NCBI GenBank assembly: GCA_044229975.1
Contig: JBGARZ010000006.1
Location: 320,001 to 384,000 of the forward strand
Length of the DNA stretch: 64,000 nt
DNA from: Polyangiales bacterium
GTDB lineage: Bacteria; Myxococcota_A; Polyangia; Polyangiales; Ga0077539
Direction of reading: 5' to 3'
Position numbers and translations under genes: made by a program. Below are positions 10,431-18,795 of the stretch, one piece after another. How positions within the stretch are numbered: position 1 is the first letter of the stretch; each line of letters opens with the position of its first letter. Below the pieces are notes generated by a model, which saw nothing but the letters and a program-made list of their open reading frames with translations, searched no databases and was not told the origin of the DNA.

Positions 10431-11444
10431 ATGCTTCGCAACGCGTCCCATACCCATCTCCTCGCCCCGCTGTCCCTCCTCGCCGCGCTCGCCGGGTGTG
10501 GCGCGCGTGGCAGCGGCGGCTTCACCGACCCCGACGCCACCGCGTCCGTCGACACCGGATCGCCCGCGGACGCCGGCACCCCGGTCGACGTCTCAACACT
10601 GCCCACGGATGTCGGTACCTCGCCCTTGGACATCTATACCCCGCCCTTGGATGTCGGTATCCCGCCCGCCGATGTCGGTACCCCGCCCTTGGATGTCGGT
10701 ACCCCGCCCGCCGATGTCGGTACCCCGCCCGTCGACGTCGGTACCCCGCCCGTCGATGTCGGTACGCCCCCCGTCGATGTTCCTGTCGATACGGGCGTCA
10801 CGGCGGGCTACGTCCGCACGACCACCTCCGCCACGCTGGTCGAGGCGTGCACGCTGCCGGGCGCGCAGCGCGTCCTGGTGAGCGCCGACGACGAGTCGAC
10901 CACCATCTTCGCGCCCTTCGATCTGCGCTTCTACGGCATCACCGTGCCGCAGAGCCTCGGCATCCAGATCTACTCCAACGGCTTCATGAGCCAGACGGCG
11001 GAAGACCCGGCGGCGACCTTCGGCGGAACCATCCCCAGCGCGGCGGCGCCCAACGGGATCATCGCGCCGTACTGGGCCGACCTCATCACCGGCACCGACG
11101 GCGTGTGCGTCGTGACGGTCGGCAGCGCCCCCATCCGCCGCTGGATCATCCAGTGGAAAAACGCCCAGTTCTACTCCGGCGTGGCGACCGCTCCCAACGT
11201 CGGTAGCGCGTCGTTCGAGCTCATCTACAACGAGTCCGACCGCTCCTTCGACTTCATCTACGAGACCATCTCCGGCCAGCCGACGACCGCCCCTACCATC
11301 GCCGCCGTCGGCGTCGAACACCCCAACGGCATCGACGCCTTCGCCGTCTGCAATGGTGGCCGCCGCGACCGCGCCCCCGTCGCCACCGAGTGCACCACCG
11401 TCACCTCTGGAACACGCTTCCGCCTCGCGCCCACCGGCGACTGA
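10431..11444 (+). CDS. Lipoprotein with DVGTPPx repeats and nidogen-like C-terminal domain
   Basis: Lipobox LAGC; PFDLRFYG, SNG, IIAPYWADL and SFELI motifs. Confidence 0.8.
   Translation: MLRNASHTHLLAPLSLLAALAGCGARGSGGFTDPDATASVDTGSPADAGTPVDVSTLPTDVGTSPLDIYTPPLDVGIPPADVGTPPLDVGTPPADVGTPPVDVGTPPVDVGTPPVDVPVDTGVTAGYVRTTTSATLVEACTLPGAQRVLVSADDESTTIFAPFDLRFYGITVPQSLGIQIYSNGFMSQTAEDPAATFGGTIPSAAAPNGIIAPYWADLITGTDGVCVVTVGSAPIRRWIIQWKNAQFYSGVATAPNVGSASFELIYNESDRSFDFIYETISGQPTTAPTIAAVGVEHPNGIDAFAVCNGGRRDRAPVATECTTVTSGTRFRLAPTGD
10608..10775 (+). repeat. Coding 21-bp tandem repeat, 8 units (DVGTPPx)
   Basis: GATGTCGGTACCCCGCCCNNN units in tandem. Confidence 0.9.
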
Positions 11445-11456
11445 GACCCTGACGCC

Positions 11457-12530
11457 GTGTTCGCCATCGACATGCTCCCCGCCGAGCACGGCGACTGCCT
11501 CTGGATCGAATACGGCCCCGCCGCCAACCCCCACCGCATCCTCATCGACGGCGGAACACCCGGCACCTTCCGCACCCTCCGCGCCCGCATCGCGGCGCTC
11601 CCCGCGGCGCAGCGTCGCTTCGAGCTGCTCGTGGTCTCGCACATCGACGCCGACCACATCGGCGGCGCCATCGAGCTCCTCGAAGACACCGCCCTCGGCG
11701 TGTCGTTTGGCGACATCTGGTTCAACGGCCATCGCCATCTTCCCACCCCCGAAGGCACTCGCGGCGTCGCGCAGGGAGAGGCGCTCTCCGACCTCCTGCG
11801 CACCCGCAACCTCCCCTGGAACCGCGCCTTCCACGGCGCCGCCGTCATGGTCCCGACGGAGGGTCCGCTGCCGCGCGTCACCCTCGAAGGCGCGATGACC
11901 CTCACGCTGCTCTCCCCGTGGCGCCCCGGCCTCGAACGCCTCCGCACCACCTGGGACAAGGAGTGCCGCGAGGCTGGCATCGCGCCGGGAGACACCCGCC
12001 GTCGTGCGCTCGACGACGCGCCTCGCAAGCGACGCAAGCGCGGTGGTGATCCCGACGTGGAGAAGCTCCTCGACGTGGCCTTCGCGCAGGACACGGCCGA
12101 GGCCAACGGCAGCAGCATCGCGCTGCTGGCCGAGCACGACGGCAAGCGCGCGCTGCTCACCGGCGACGCCTACCCCGGTGTGTTGATGGACGCCTTCGAG
12201 CGCCTCTTCGACGAGCGCGGTGGTGAACCGTTGCGACTCGACGCGATGAAGGTCTCGCACCACGGCAGCCGCGCCAACACCACGTGGCCGCTGCTCTACC
12301 GGGTCGAGTGCGGGCGGTATCTCTTCAGCACGGACGGGAGCGTCTTCGATCACCCCGACGACGAGTGCGTGGCGCGCGTCGTGGCGCACGGCGGACCGTC
12401 GCCGACGCTGTGCTTCAACTACCGTGGACCGCGCACCGAGGCGTGGGCCGACCCGGCGCGCGCGAAGGCCCTGGGTTACACCGCGGTGTATCCCGCGGAC
12501 GGGGCCGAAGGGCTGCGGGTGGTGCTGTGA
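11457..12530 (+). CDS. MBL-fold metallo-hydrolase (ComEC/Rec2-like)
   Basis: HGDC, LIDGG, SHIDADHIGG (HxDxDH), NGSSI, LLTGDA, KVSHHGS, HPD. Confidence 0.9.
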   Translation: MFAIDMLPAEHGDCLWIEYGPAANPHRILIDGGTPGTFRTLRARIAALPAAQRRFELLVVSHIDADHIGGAIELLEDTALGVSFGDIWFNGHRHLPTPEGTRGVAQGEALSDLLRTRNLPWNRAFHGAAVMVPTEGPLPRVTLEGAMTLTLLSPWRPGLERLRTTWDKECREAGIAPGDTRRRALDDAPRKRRKRGGDPDVEKLLDVAFAQDTAEANGSSIALLAEHDGKRALLTGDAYPGVLMDAFERLFDERGGEPLRLDAMKVSHHGSRANTTWPLLYRVECGRYLFSTDGSVFDHPDDECVARVVAHGGPSPTLCFNYRGPRTEAWADPARAKALGYTAVYPADGAEGLRVVL

Positions 12531-13774
12531 CGAAGCGCGCCCTCTGCATCGGCATCAACCGCTTCACCGACCGCGAGCTGCCTCCCCTCCGCGGGGCGGT
12601 CAACGACGCCCGCACGCTGTCGCTGATGCTCATGCGGGACTTCGGATTCGAGCCGCGGGACGTGCGCGTGCTCACCGACGAGCGGGCGACGAAGGCCGCG
12701 CTCGTAGGGGCCATCGGCGCGCTCATCGACGGGTCGCGCGCGGGCGACGAGCTGGTGCTCTTCGCGTCGACGCACGGCTCGCACGTGCCCGATCAGGACG
12801 GCGACGACGAGGACGGCTACGACGAGGTGCTCGTCGCCCACGACCACGACTGGGAGCGCGCCGTGCTCACCGACGACGACCTCGCGCGGCTGCTGGCGAG
12901 GCTCCCGGATGGTGTTCGTCTGGCGGCGCTCTGGGACACCTGCCACGCGGGGACGATGCAGGACACCGCCTCGCAGAGCTACCGCACCCGCAGTGTCGAG
13001 CGCCCCAGCGGGCTCGCCGATGGCGTCGAGGTGATGGGCTACCGCTACCTGCCGCTGCCCGACCGCTACGACGTCCCGCGCGGTGCGACGAAGGGTGTGC
13101 GGAAGAAGCCGCCGGCGCCGACGCGCAAGAAGAAGAAGCCGCCCGCGGGCGCCGACCATGGTGCCCTCGGGGCGCTCGTGCACGACGCGTTTCCCGCGGT
13201 GTCGCTGTCAGGCTGCGCAGACGACGAGACCTCCGCCGACGCGAGCTTCGGGGGCATCTACGAGGGAGCTTTCTCGCACGCGATGCTGGAGGTGCTGCGG
13301 CGCACGAAGGACGAGCTCACCTGGGAGCAGCTCCACAACCTCACGCGCGCGCAGATGAAGAAGCTCGGCATCAAGCAGACGCCGCAGCTCCACCTGCCGC
13401 GACGCGCGCAGGGCGTGCCGGTGTTCGGTGGGAGGGCGCGGCGCTCGACGGTGATGGTGAGCGTCCCGGCGGTGACGGCATCGGCGCCGACCATCGCGGT
13501 GGTGGATGTTGGTGCGGTCGACCGCGAGATCGCGGCGCACGAGCAGGCGGGGCGCTGGGCCGAGGCGGTGGCGGCGTGCTGGCGGCGCGTGGCGCTGGTG
13601 CGCGACGTGGCCGAGAAGGTGCGAACCATCGAGCATGTGGTGAGCATCCACCGCGTGGTGCTGCGCGACGAGGCCGCGGCGGTGCGGGCCGCGGAGGAGG
13701 TGCTGCGGGTCGATGCGGGGCACGCGGGGGCGCGGGAGTATGTGCGCGCGGCGAAGGGTCGGGATGGGGTATAG
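12527..13774 (+). CDS. Metacaspase (peptidase C14) with C-terminal TPR-like helices
   Basis: KRALCIGIN, LRGAVNDA, catalytic His (STHGS) and Cys (DTCHAG), QTPQL; GTG start overlaps the MBL TGA. Confidence 0.9.
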   Translation: MTKRALCIGINRFTDRELPPLRGAVNDARTLSLMLMRDFGFEPRDVRVLTDERATKAALVGAIGALIDGSRAGDELVLFASTHGSHVPDQDGDDEDGYDEVLVAHDHDWERAVLTDDDLARLLARLPDGVRLAALWDTCHAGTMQDTASQSYRTRSVERPSGLADGVEVMGYRYLPLPDRYDVPRGATKGVRKKPPAPTRKKKKPPAGADHGALGALVHDAFPAVSLSGCADDETSADASFGGIYEGAFSHAMLEVLRRTKDELTWEQLHNLTRAQMKKLGIKQTPQLHLPRRAQGVPVFGGRARRSTVMVSVPAVTASAPTIAVVDVGAVDREIAAHEQAGRWAEAVAACWRRVALVRDVAEKVRTIEHVVSIHRVVLRDEAAAVRAAEEVLRVDAGHAGAREYVRAAKGRDGV

Positions 13775-13783
13775 AGGCACGCG

Positions 13784-14539
13784 ATGAACGAGCCGCCGTG
13801 CAAGGGGCTGAGCCGGGTGAACGCGCTGGAGCAGCTTGTCGAGCGCGACCGCAACCACGACTGCGGCGGTTTCGGGGTGCACCAGGTGTGCGTGAAGGTC
13901 GACGCCGTGGCGAAGCTTCCGACGCGCTTCGGTGACTTCCACATCGTCGCTTTCTGGAACAACCGCGACGGCAAGGAGCACATCGCCCTGGTGCACGGGG
14001 ACGTGATGGGGGCGGAGGATGTTCCGACGCGGCTGCACTCGGAGTGTCTGACGGGTGATGCGCTGGGTTCGCTGCGTTGTGATTGCCGCGACCAGCTCGA
14101 AGCGGCGCTGCGGAGTCTCGCTTCGATGGAGCGGGGGGTGTTGCTGTATCTCCGTCAGGAGGGGAGAGGCATCGGGCTGGTGAACAAGGTTCGCGCGTAC
14201 GCGCTGCAGGAGCAGGGGCTCGACACCGTCGACGCCAACCGGGCTCTCGGCTTCCGTGATGACCTGCGCGACTACGCGGTGGCGGCGCACATGCTGGCGA
14301 GCCTCAACGTGGGCTCCGTGCAGCTGATGACCAACAACCCCGACAAGATCCGGCAGCTCGAAGAGCACGGCATCACGGTGAGCGGGCGGCTGCCGCACGT
14401 GATGGCGCCCAACGAGCACAACCGCTTCTACCTGGAGACGAAGGCCGCGCGGTCGGGGCACTTCATCGACCTCGACAAGGCCACGCCGCTGCCCGAGCAG
14501 GACGATCGGGCCATCGTCGAGCCGCCGCCCAAGGGATAG
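13784..14539 (+). CDS. ribA: GTP cyclohydrolase II
   Basis: RLHSECLTGDALGSLRCDC, QEGRGIGL, TNNPDK. Confidence 0.95.
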   Translation: MNEPPCKGLSRVNALEQLVERDRNHDCGGFGVHQVCVKVDAVAKLPTRFGDFHIVAFWNNRDGKEHIALVHGDVMGAEDVPTRLHSECLTGDALGSLRCDCRDQLEAALRSLASMERGVLLYLRQEGRGIGLVNKVRAYALQEQGLDTVDANRALGFRDDLRDYAVAAHMLASLNVGSVQLMTNNPDKIRQLEEHGITVSGRLPHVMAPNEHNRFYLETKAARSGHFIDLDKATPLPEQDDRAIVEPPPKG

Positions 14540-14553
14540 GCGCGTCGCTGCCC

Positions 14554-15933
14554 ATGAGCTGGTTCAGCGCACCGCCCTCGCCTTCGCCCGACGCCTACGT
14601 CGGCGACCACTCCTCCCGCTCCGACGCGCACACCCGCAAGATCGAGCGCGTGGTGCGGCAGCTACGAAATCACCGCGGCGACCGGCCGTTGTCGTTGAAG
14701 AAGACGTCCGTGTCGCACCAGGTGCCGAAGCGCGGCGACCTGCGGCTGCACGACGACAAGATCGACGTCAGCGACCTCGACCAGATCATCGCCATCGACC
14801 CGACGACGATGACCTGCGTGGCCGAGCCCGGCGTCACCTTCGTCGACCTCGTGCGCGCGACGCTGCCGCTTGGTCTTGTTCCGATCGTGGTGCCCGAGCT
14901 GGAGACCATCACCATCGGCGGCGCCGTCGCGGGCTGCTCGCTGGAGTCGATGTCCTTCAAGCACGGCGGCTTCCACGACACCTGCCTCGCGTACGAGGTG
15001 GTCACCGCCGCGGGCGAGGTGCTCCAGTGCACGCCGGACAACGACAACGCGCTCGTCTTCCAGATGATCCACGGGTCCTTCGGGACGCTCGGCATCCTGA
15101 CGAAGCTGACGTTTCGGTTGGTTCCGGCGAAGCCCTTCGTGCGGGTGACGTACGAGACACACCGCTCGGTCGCGGCGTACCGGAGGGCCATCGAGCGGCG
15201 CTACGTGAGCGGCGACGTCGACTTCATGGACGGCATCATCCACTCGCCGACGCAGTGTGTGCTGAGCCTCGGGGAGTTCGTCGACAGCGCGCCGTACACG
15301 CATCGGTATGACTGGGTGACGCCGTACTTCGAGACCACCGCGCGGCGCCGGAAGGACTACCTCAGCACGAAGGACTATCTCTTCCGTTACGACCGCGGCG
15401 TGACCAACCCGACGCCGAAGAGCGCGGTGGGGCGGCTGCTGGTGGGGAAGTTCCTCGACTCGGCGACGCTGCTGCGGCTGGCGGAGAAGCTCAACCGCTT
15501 CCTGCCCGCTGAGCGACCGGGCGTCACGCTCGACCTCTTCCTCCCGATCTCGCAGATGGAAGACTTCCTCGCGTGGCACACGAAGGAGCTCGGCCACTAT
15601 CCGTTGTGGTGTGTCCCGTACAAGCGCGTGCACGACTACGAGTGGATCGCGCCGGGCTTCTATGACGGGACGAAGGACGAGCTCTTCGTCGACCTCGCCA
15701 TCTACGGAATGGCCCAGCCCGTGGGGCGCAACATCTACCGCGAGCTGGAGGTGGCGCTGCCGCGGTTCAATGCGATCAAGACGCTCATCGCGTTCAACTA
15801 CTACTCGGAGGAGGAGTTCTGGCAGGTGTTCAACCGGCCCAACTACGACGCGGTGAAGCGCGTCACCGACCCCGACAACCGCTTCCGCGACCTCTACACG
15901 AAGACCTGCCGCACGGCGCGGGGGCTGGTGTGA
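14554..15933 (+). CDS. FAD-binding oxidoreductase (VAO/PCMH type, delta24-sterol-reductase-like)
   Basis: AEPGVT, PIVVPELETITIGGAVAGCSLES, GSFGTLG, YPLWCVP, C-terminal DPDNRFRDLYTK. Confidence 0.85.
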   Translation: MSWFSAPPSPSPDAYVGDHSSRSDAHTRKIERVVRQLRNHRGDRPLSLKKTSVSHQVPKRGDLRLHDDKIDVSDLDQIIAIDPTTMTCVAEPGVTFVDLVRATLPLGLVPIVVPELETITIGGAVAGCSLESMSFKHGGFHDTCLAYEVVTAAGEVLQCTPDNDNALVFQMIHGSFGTLGILTKLTFRLVPAKPFVRVTYETHRSVAAYRRAIERRYVSGDVDFMDGIIHSPTQCVLSLGEFVDSAPYTHRYDWVTPYFETTARRRKDYLSTKDYLFRYDRGVTNPTPKSAVGRLLVGKFLDSATLLRLAEKLNRFLPAERPGVTLDLFLPISQMEDFLAWHTKELGHYPLWCVPYKRVHDYEWIAPGFYDGTKDELFVDLAIYGMAQPVGRNIYRELEVALPRFNAIKTLIAFNYYSEEEFWQVFNRPNYDAVKRVTDPDNRFRDLYTKTCRTARGLV

Positions 15934-15949
15934 CTGGCGGTGGGCCGCG

Positions 15950-16172
15950 CGGAGTTCGCGTGGGCCCATGAGCCGAGGTGCGGTCGCTCACTCCGGGCTA
16001 TTTCACGCGGTCACCTCGCTGCGCGAGGTTGCAGCATTGGCATCGAAGAACAAGTCCATCGGCTTGCTCATCGCCAGTCGAGAGTCCCTGCAACCTCGCG
16101 CAGCGAGGTGACCGCGTGAAATAGCCCGGAGTGAGCGACTGCACCTCGGCTCATGGGCTCACGCGAACTCCG
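15950..16172. repeat. Long inverted repeat (85-bp arms, 53-nt loop) between convergent genes
   Basis: 15950-16034 is the reverse complement of 16088-16172 with 2 mismatches. Confidence 0.95.
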
Positions 16173-17082
16173 GCCCAGCGCGCGTGTAGCCGTCGAGCAC
16201 GAAGCGGTACATAGCCTCCGGGCGCGTCGAGCCGCACGTCAGCAACGCCGTTCGTCCGTCGCGCTCTCGCCGAACCTTCGTGGTGTGCAGTGATCCGGTC
16301 GCGTCGGCGAAGGTCACCACGCGCGCCTCGCCGTCACCCGTACACGAGCGGAAGCGCAGCTCACGCGCACCCAGCGGCGGACCATCGCGTCGCACGAAGC
16401 ACTCGGCCGCCTGAACGAAGCGCCCGTAGAGGCAGCGCCCGCGGTAGAGCGCCGGCTCGACGTGGTCGGCCAGGTAGCCGTCGAGGATCGAGCGCCCCGT
16501 GGCCTCGTCCACGCGCCCGAAGTAGAGGCCGTCGGGGAGGCACACGAGGTTGGCGGCGAAGCGGTCACCGCCGACGTGCGTCGACTGCCACACCTCGATG
16601 CCGGGGTGGTCTTCGAGCGCGTGGTAGAGCGCGGCGCCGTAGCGCGCGCAGCACGCGTCGTGGCGGCCGTGGGTGCATACGAGCGCGACGCGTCGGTCGG
16701 TACGGAGATGGTCGAGCGAAGGGTCGCGACGGACGAAGGCGGCGATGTCGAGCTGGGTGATCTCGGCGTAGTCGGAGAAGGAGACGCGATAGAGCACAGG
16801 GTCGCGCTCATGGGGGACGGCCACGAAGAGTGAGCGTATGGGACCGGGCTCGGGCGCGCGTTGGATGAGCTGGATGCGCAGGCCGTCGATCTGGTCTTCG
16901 GCGCGGCGGAGGTGCTGCTTCACGCGCTCGTCGAGGCGCTCGGAGCCCTCGACGGCGTCGTGCGTCCACGGACCCGGGCACTCGATGAGCAGCCACGCGT
17001 CGACAATGGAGGCGGTGGCGGTGAGTGACTCGTCGTTGGCCCGCGAGGTCTCTGCGCAATAGACGTGAGGAGCGCGACTCAC
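16159..17082 (-). CDS. Sucrase/ferredoxin-like Fe-S protein
   Basis: WLLIExPGPW, CTHGRHDACCA, HVGGDRFAAN, YRGR; GTG start overlaps the TGA of the cupin gene. Confidence 0.9.
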   Translation of the reverse strand: MSRAPHVYCAETSRANDESLTATASIVDAWLLIECPGPWTHDAVEGSERLDERVKQHLRRAEDQIDGLRIQLIQRAPEPGPIRSLFVAVPHERDPVLYRVSFSDYAEITQLDIAAFVRRDPSLDHLRTDRRVALVCTHGRHDACCARYGAALYHALEDHPGIEVWQSTHVGGDRFAANLVCLPDGLYFGRVDEATGRSILDGYLADHVEPALYRGRCLYGRFVQAAECFVRRDGPPLGARELRFRSCTGDGEARVVTFADATGSLHTTKVRRERDGRTALLTCGSTRPEAMYRFVLDGYTRAGPEFA

Positions 17083-18272
17083 GGCTCTTCGACGGCGACG
17101 AGGCCCGCCTCGACGAGCTCGCGGATGAAGACACGCAGCGTGTCGGGAGGCAGTGACGAGACCTCGCGCAGCGCACCGAAGCCCACGCGGCGGGTCTCGG
17201 CGAGCGCGCGCAGCACGGGGAGCGCGGCGGCGGCGAAGGTCCAGCGACGGCCTCCGGCAGCGATGCGTACGGCGCCATCGGGGTCGGGCTCGACGCGATC
17301 GATGCGAGACGGAATCCAGCGCAGCGACGCGCCATGGGGGATGGGCGAACGTGCGGCGGCGAGGGGCAGGCTCATGCGGGTGCGGAGCTCGGCGGCCGTG
17401 TCGAGCTCGGCGAAGTAGCGTTCGAGGAGGTCGTCGGAGAGGAGGTCGACGAGCGCGCCGCGGAGCTCGCGCAGGTGGGCCGAGCGCGCCGCGGAGTCGC
17501 CGAGACGCGGGAGGTCGCGGCGAAACGCGGGCTGCGAGCGGAGCTCGTCGGCGCACCAGTGGAGGAGGTCGACGCCGGTGCGGGCGGTGGCGCCGAAGCT
17601 GAGGTGCAGCGTGGGCTCGCCGAGGGCGACGGCGCCGTGCCAGCAGCCACGCGGGAGGTAGAGAACATCGCCCGCCGAGAGATCTCCCTCCCAGATGGGT
17701 TCGGTCGGCGCGACGTCGTTGGGTTCGACGTCGTGGGTGAGCGGAAACTCGCGGGCGAAGCCGTACACGCGCCAGCGCTTGCGGCCCGTCACCTGGAGCA
17801 CGAACACGTCGTGGTCGTCCCAGTGAACGCCGAAGCCGTGGGTGGTTCCGAAGCCCGCGTAGGCGTTGACCTGGAAGCGCTCGCGAAACACTCCCTCGAA
17901 GCTCTCGGCGAGCTCGCCCACCGGGTCGACGAGCTCATCGACGGCGTCGAGTACCAGCGTCGCCCCACGGCGCAACTGCTCTTGCAGCAGCGCGTGGTCG
18001 ACGCGACGGTTGGCTGCGCTGCGCCCGCGGTGTGATGTCTGGATGTACTTGTTCTCGGGGACGGAGCCGCCGTCGAGCGCGAGACGCAGACGTGGTGCGG
18101 GCAGGCGGTGTGTGCGGAGCACCGTGTTGAGCGTCTCCCACGGGAGCAGGTGGGCGAAGCGGTCGGGGTCACCCGCGACGTGGAGGTGCCGTCGCCCCCA
18201 CGCGTCGCGGACGAACTCATCGAGGCTGGTGCGACCGAAGAGGCCGCGGAGGATGTCCTCCGGGCGAGCCAC
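17079..18272 (-). CDS. JmjC/cupin-4 Fe(II)/2-oxoglutarate oxygenase (YcfD/ROX-like)
   Basis: NAY, facial triad HWD...WH, QVTGRKRW, GDVLYLPRG, LHLSFG; C-terminal winged-helix-like segment. Confidence 0.92.
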   Translation of the reverse strand: MARPEDILRGLFGRTSLDEFVRDAWGRRHLHVAGDPDRFAHLLPWETLNTVLRTHRLPAPRLRLALDGGSVPENKYIQTSHRGRSAANRRVDHALLQEQLRRGATLVLDAVDELVDPVGELAESFEGVFRERFQVNAYAGFGTTHGFGVHWDDHDVFVLQVTGRKRWRVYGFAREFPLTHDVEPNDVAPTEPIWEGDLSAGDVLYLPRGCWHGAVALGEPTLHLSFGATARTGVDLLHWCADELRSQPAFRRDLPRLGDSAARSAHLRELRGALVDLLSDDLLERYFAELDTAAELRTRMSLPLAAARSPIPHGASLRWIPSRIDRVEPDPDGAVRIAAGGRRWTFAAAALPVLRALAETRRVGFGALREVSSLPPDTLRVFIRELVEAGLVAVEEP

Positions 18273-18277
18273 GGCGG

Positions 18278-18586
18278 TCAGGCCGGGCTGCGGCCGTCGG
18301 TGCCGTCGGCGTCGCGGTGCGGGGTTCCATCGGTGCCGTCAGCGTCGCGGCCGGGCTTGTTGTCGGTGCCGTCGGTGTCACGGCCGGGAGCGCCATCGGT
18401 GCCGTCGGCGTCACGACCGGGCTTGTTGTCCGTTCCGTCAGCGTCGCGACCGGGCTTGTCCTTCCCGTCAGCGTCGCGGCCGCTCGCCCTCGCGTCGTCA
18501 CGAGCGCCCACGCGCTCGACGTTCAGGATCAGCCCCGAGCTCTCGTCCCCGCCCTGCGCCCCGTTGCTCGTCTCGTTCTTGTCCAT
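18278..18586 (-). CDS. Repetitive Asp/Gly-rich peptide, putative RiPP precursor (102 aa)
   Basis: Strong RBS AGGAGGAG at 18593-18600; ~35-aa leader followed by six (G/H)RD(A/T)DG(T/K)D units; stop 5 nt before the JmjC start. Confidence 0.8.
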   Translation of the reverse strand: MDKNETSNGAQGGDESSGLILNVERVGARDDARASGRDADGKDKPGRDADGTDNKPGRDADGTDGAPGRDTDGTDNKPGRDADGTDGTPHRDADGTDGRSPA

Positions 18587-18630
18587 GACCAACTCCTCCT
18601 ACGGATGTCCGTACGCAGCCTGTTGACCTG

Positions 18631-18701
18631 GGCGCTCAACGTCAACGACCGACCTTCCGTCGCTCGTGTTCTGTGGTCCATCATCGCTGTCCCTCCCGAT
18701 G
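18631..18701. repeat. Direct repeat copy 1 (duplicate of the nth upstream region)
   Basis: GGCGCTCAACGTCAAC...CCCTCCCGATG; the first 55 nt match 21176-21230 with 1 mismatch. Confidence 0.95.
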
Positions 18702-18795
18702 GCTTGGGGAGCGTGGTCTTCGATCGGCGATGTCGATCGTGTGATCGTGTCGATGGCCGGTGCGGGGTGGAGCGATCGTGTACCTTTGGGGCGCC

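Noticed and set aside
13775..13783. FMN riboswitch upstream of ribA
   Set aside because: Only 9 nt separate ribA from the upstream gene.
18290..18483. 33-bp-period repeats as CRISPR or non-coding VNTR
   Set aside because: No unique spacers; variation is largely at synonymous positions of the minus-strand peptide ORF, which has a strong RBS.
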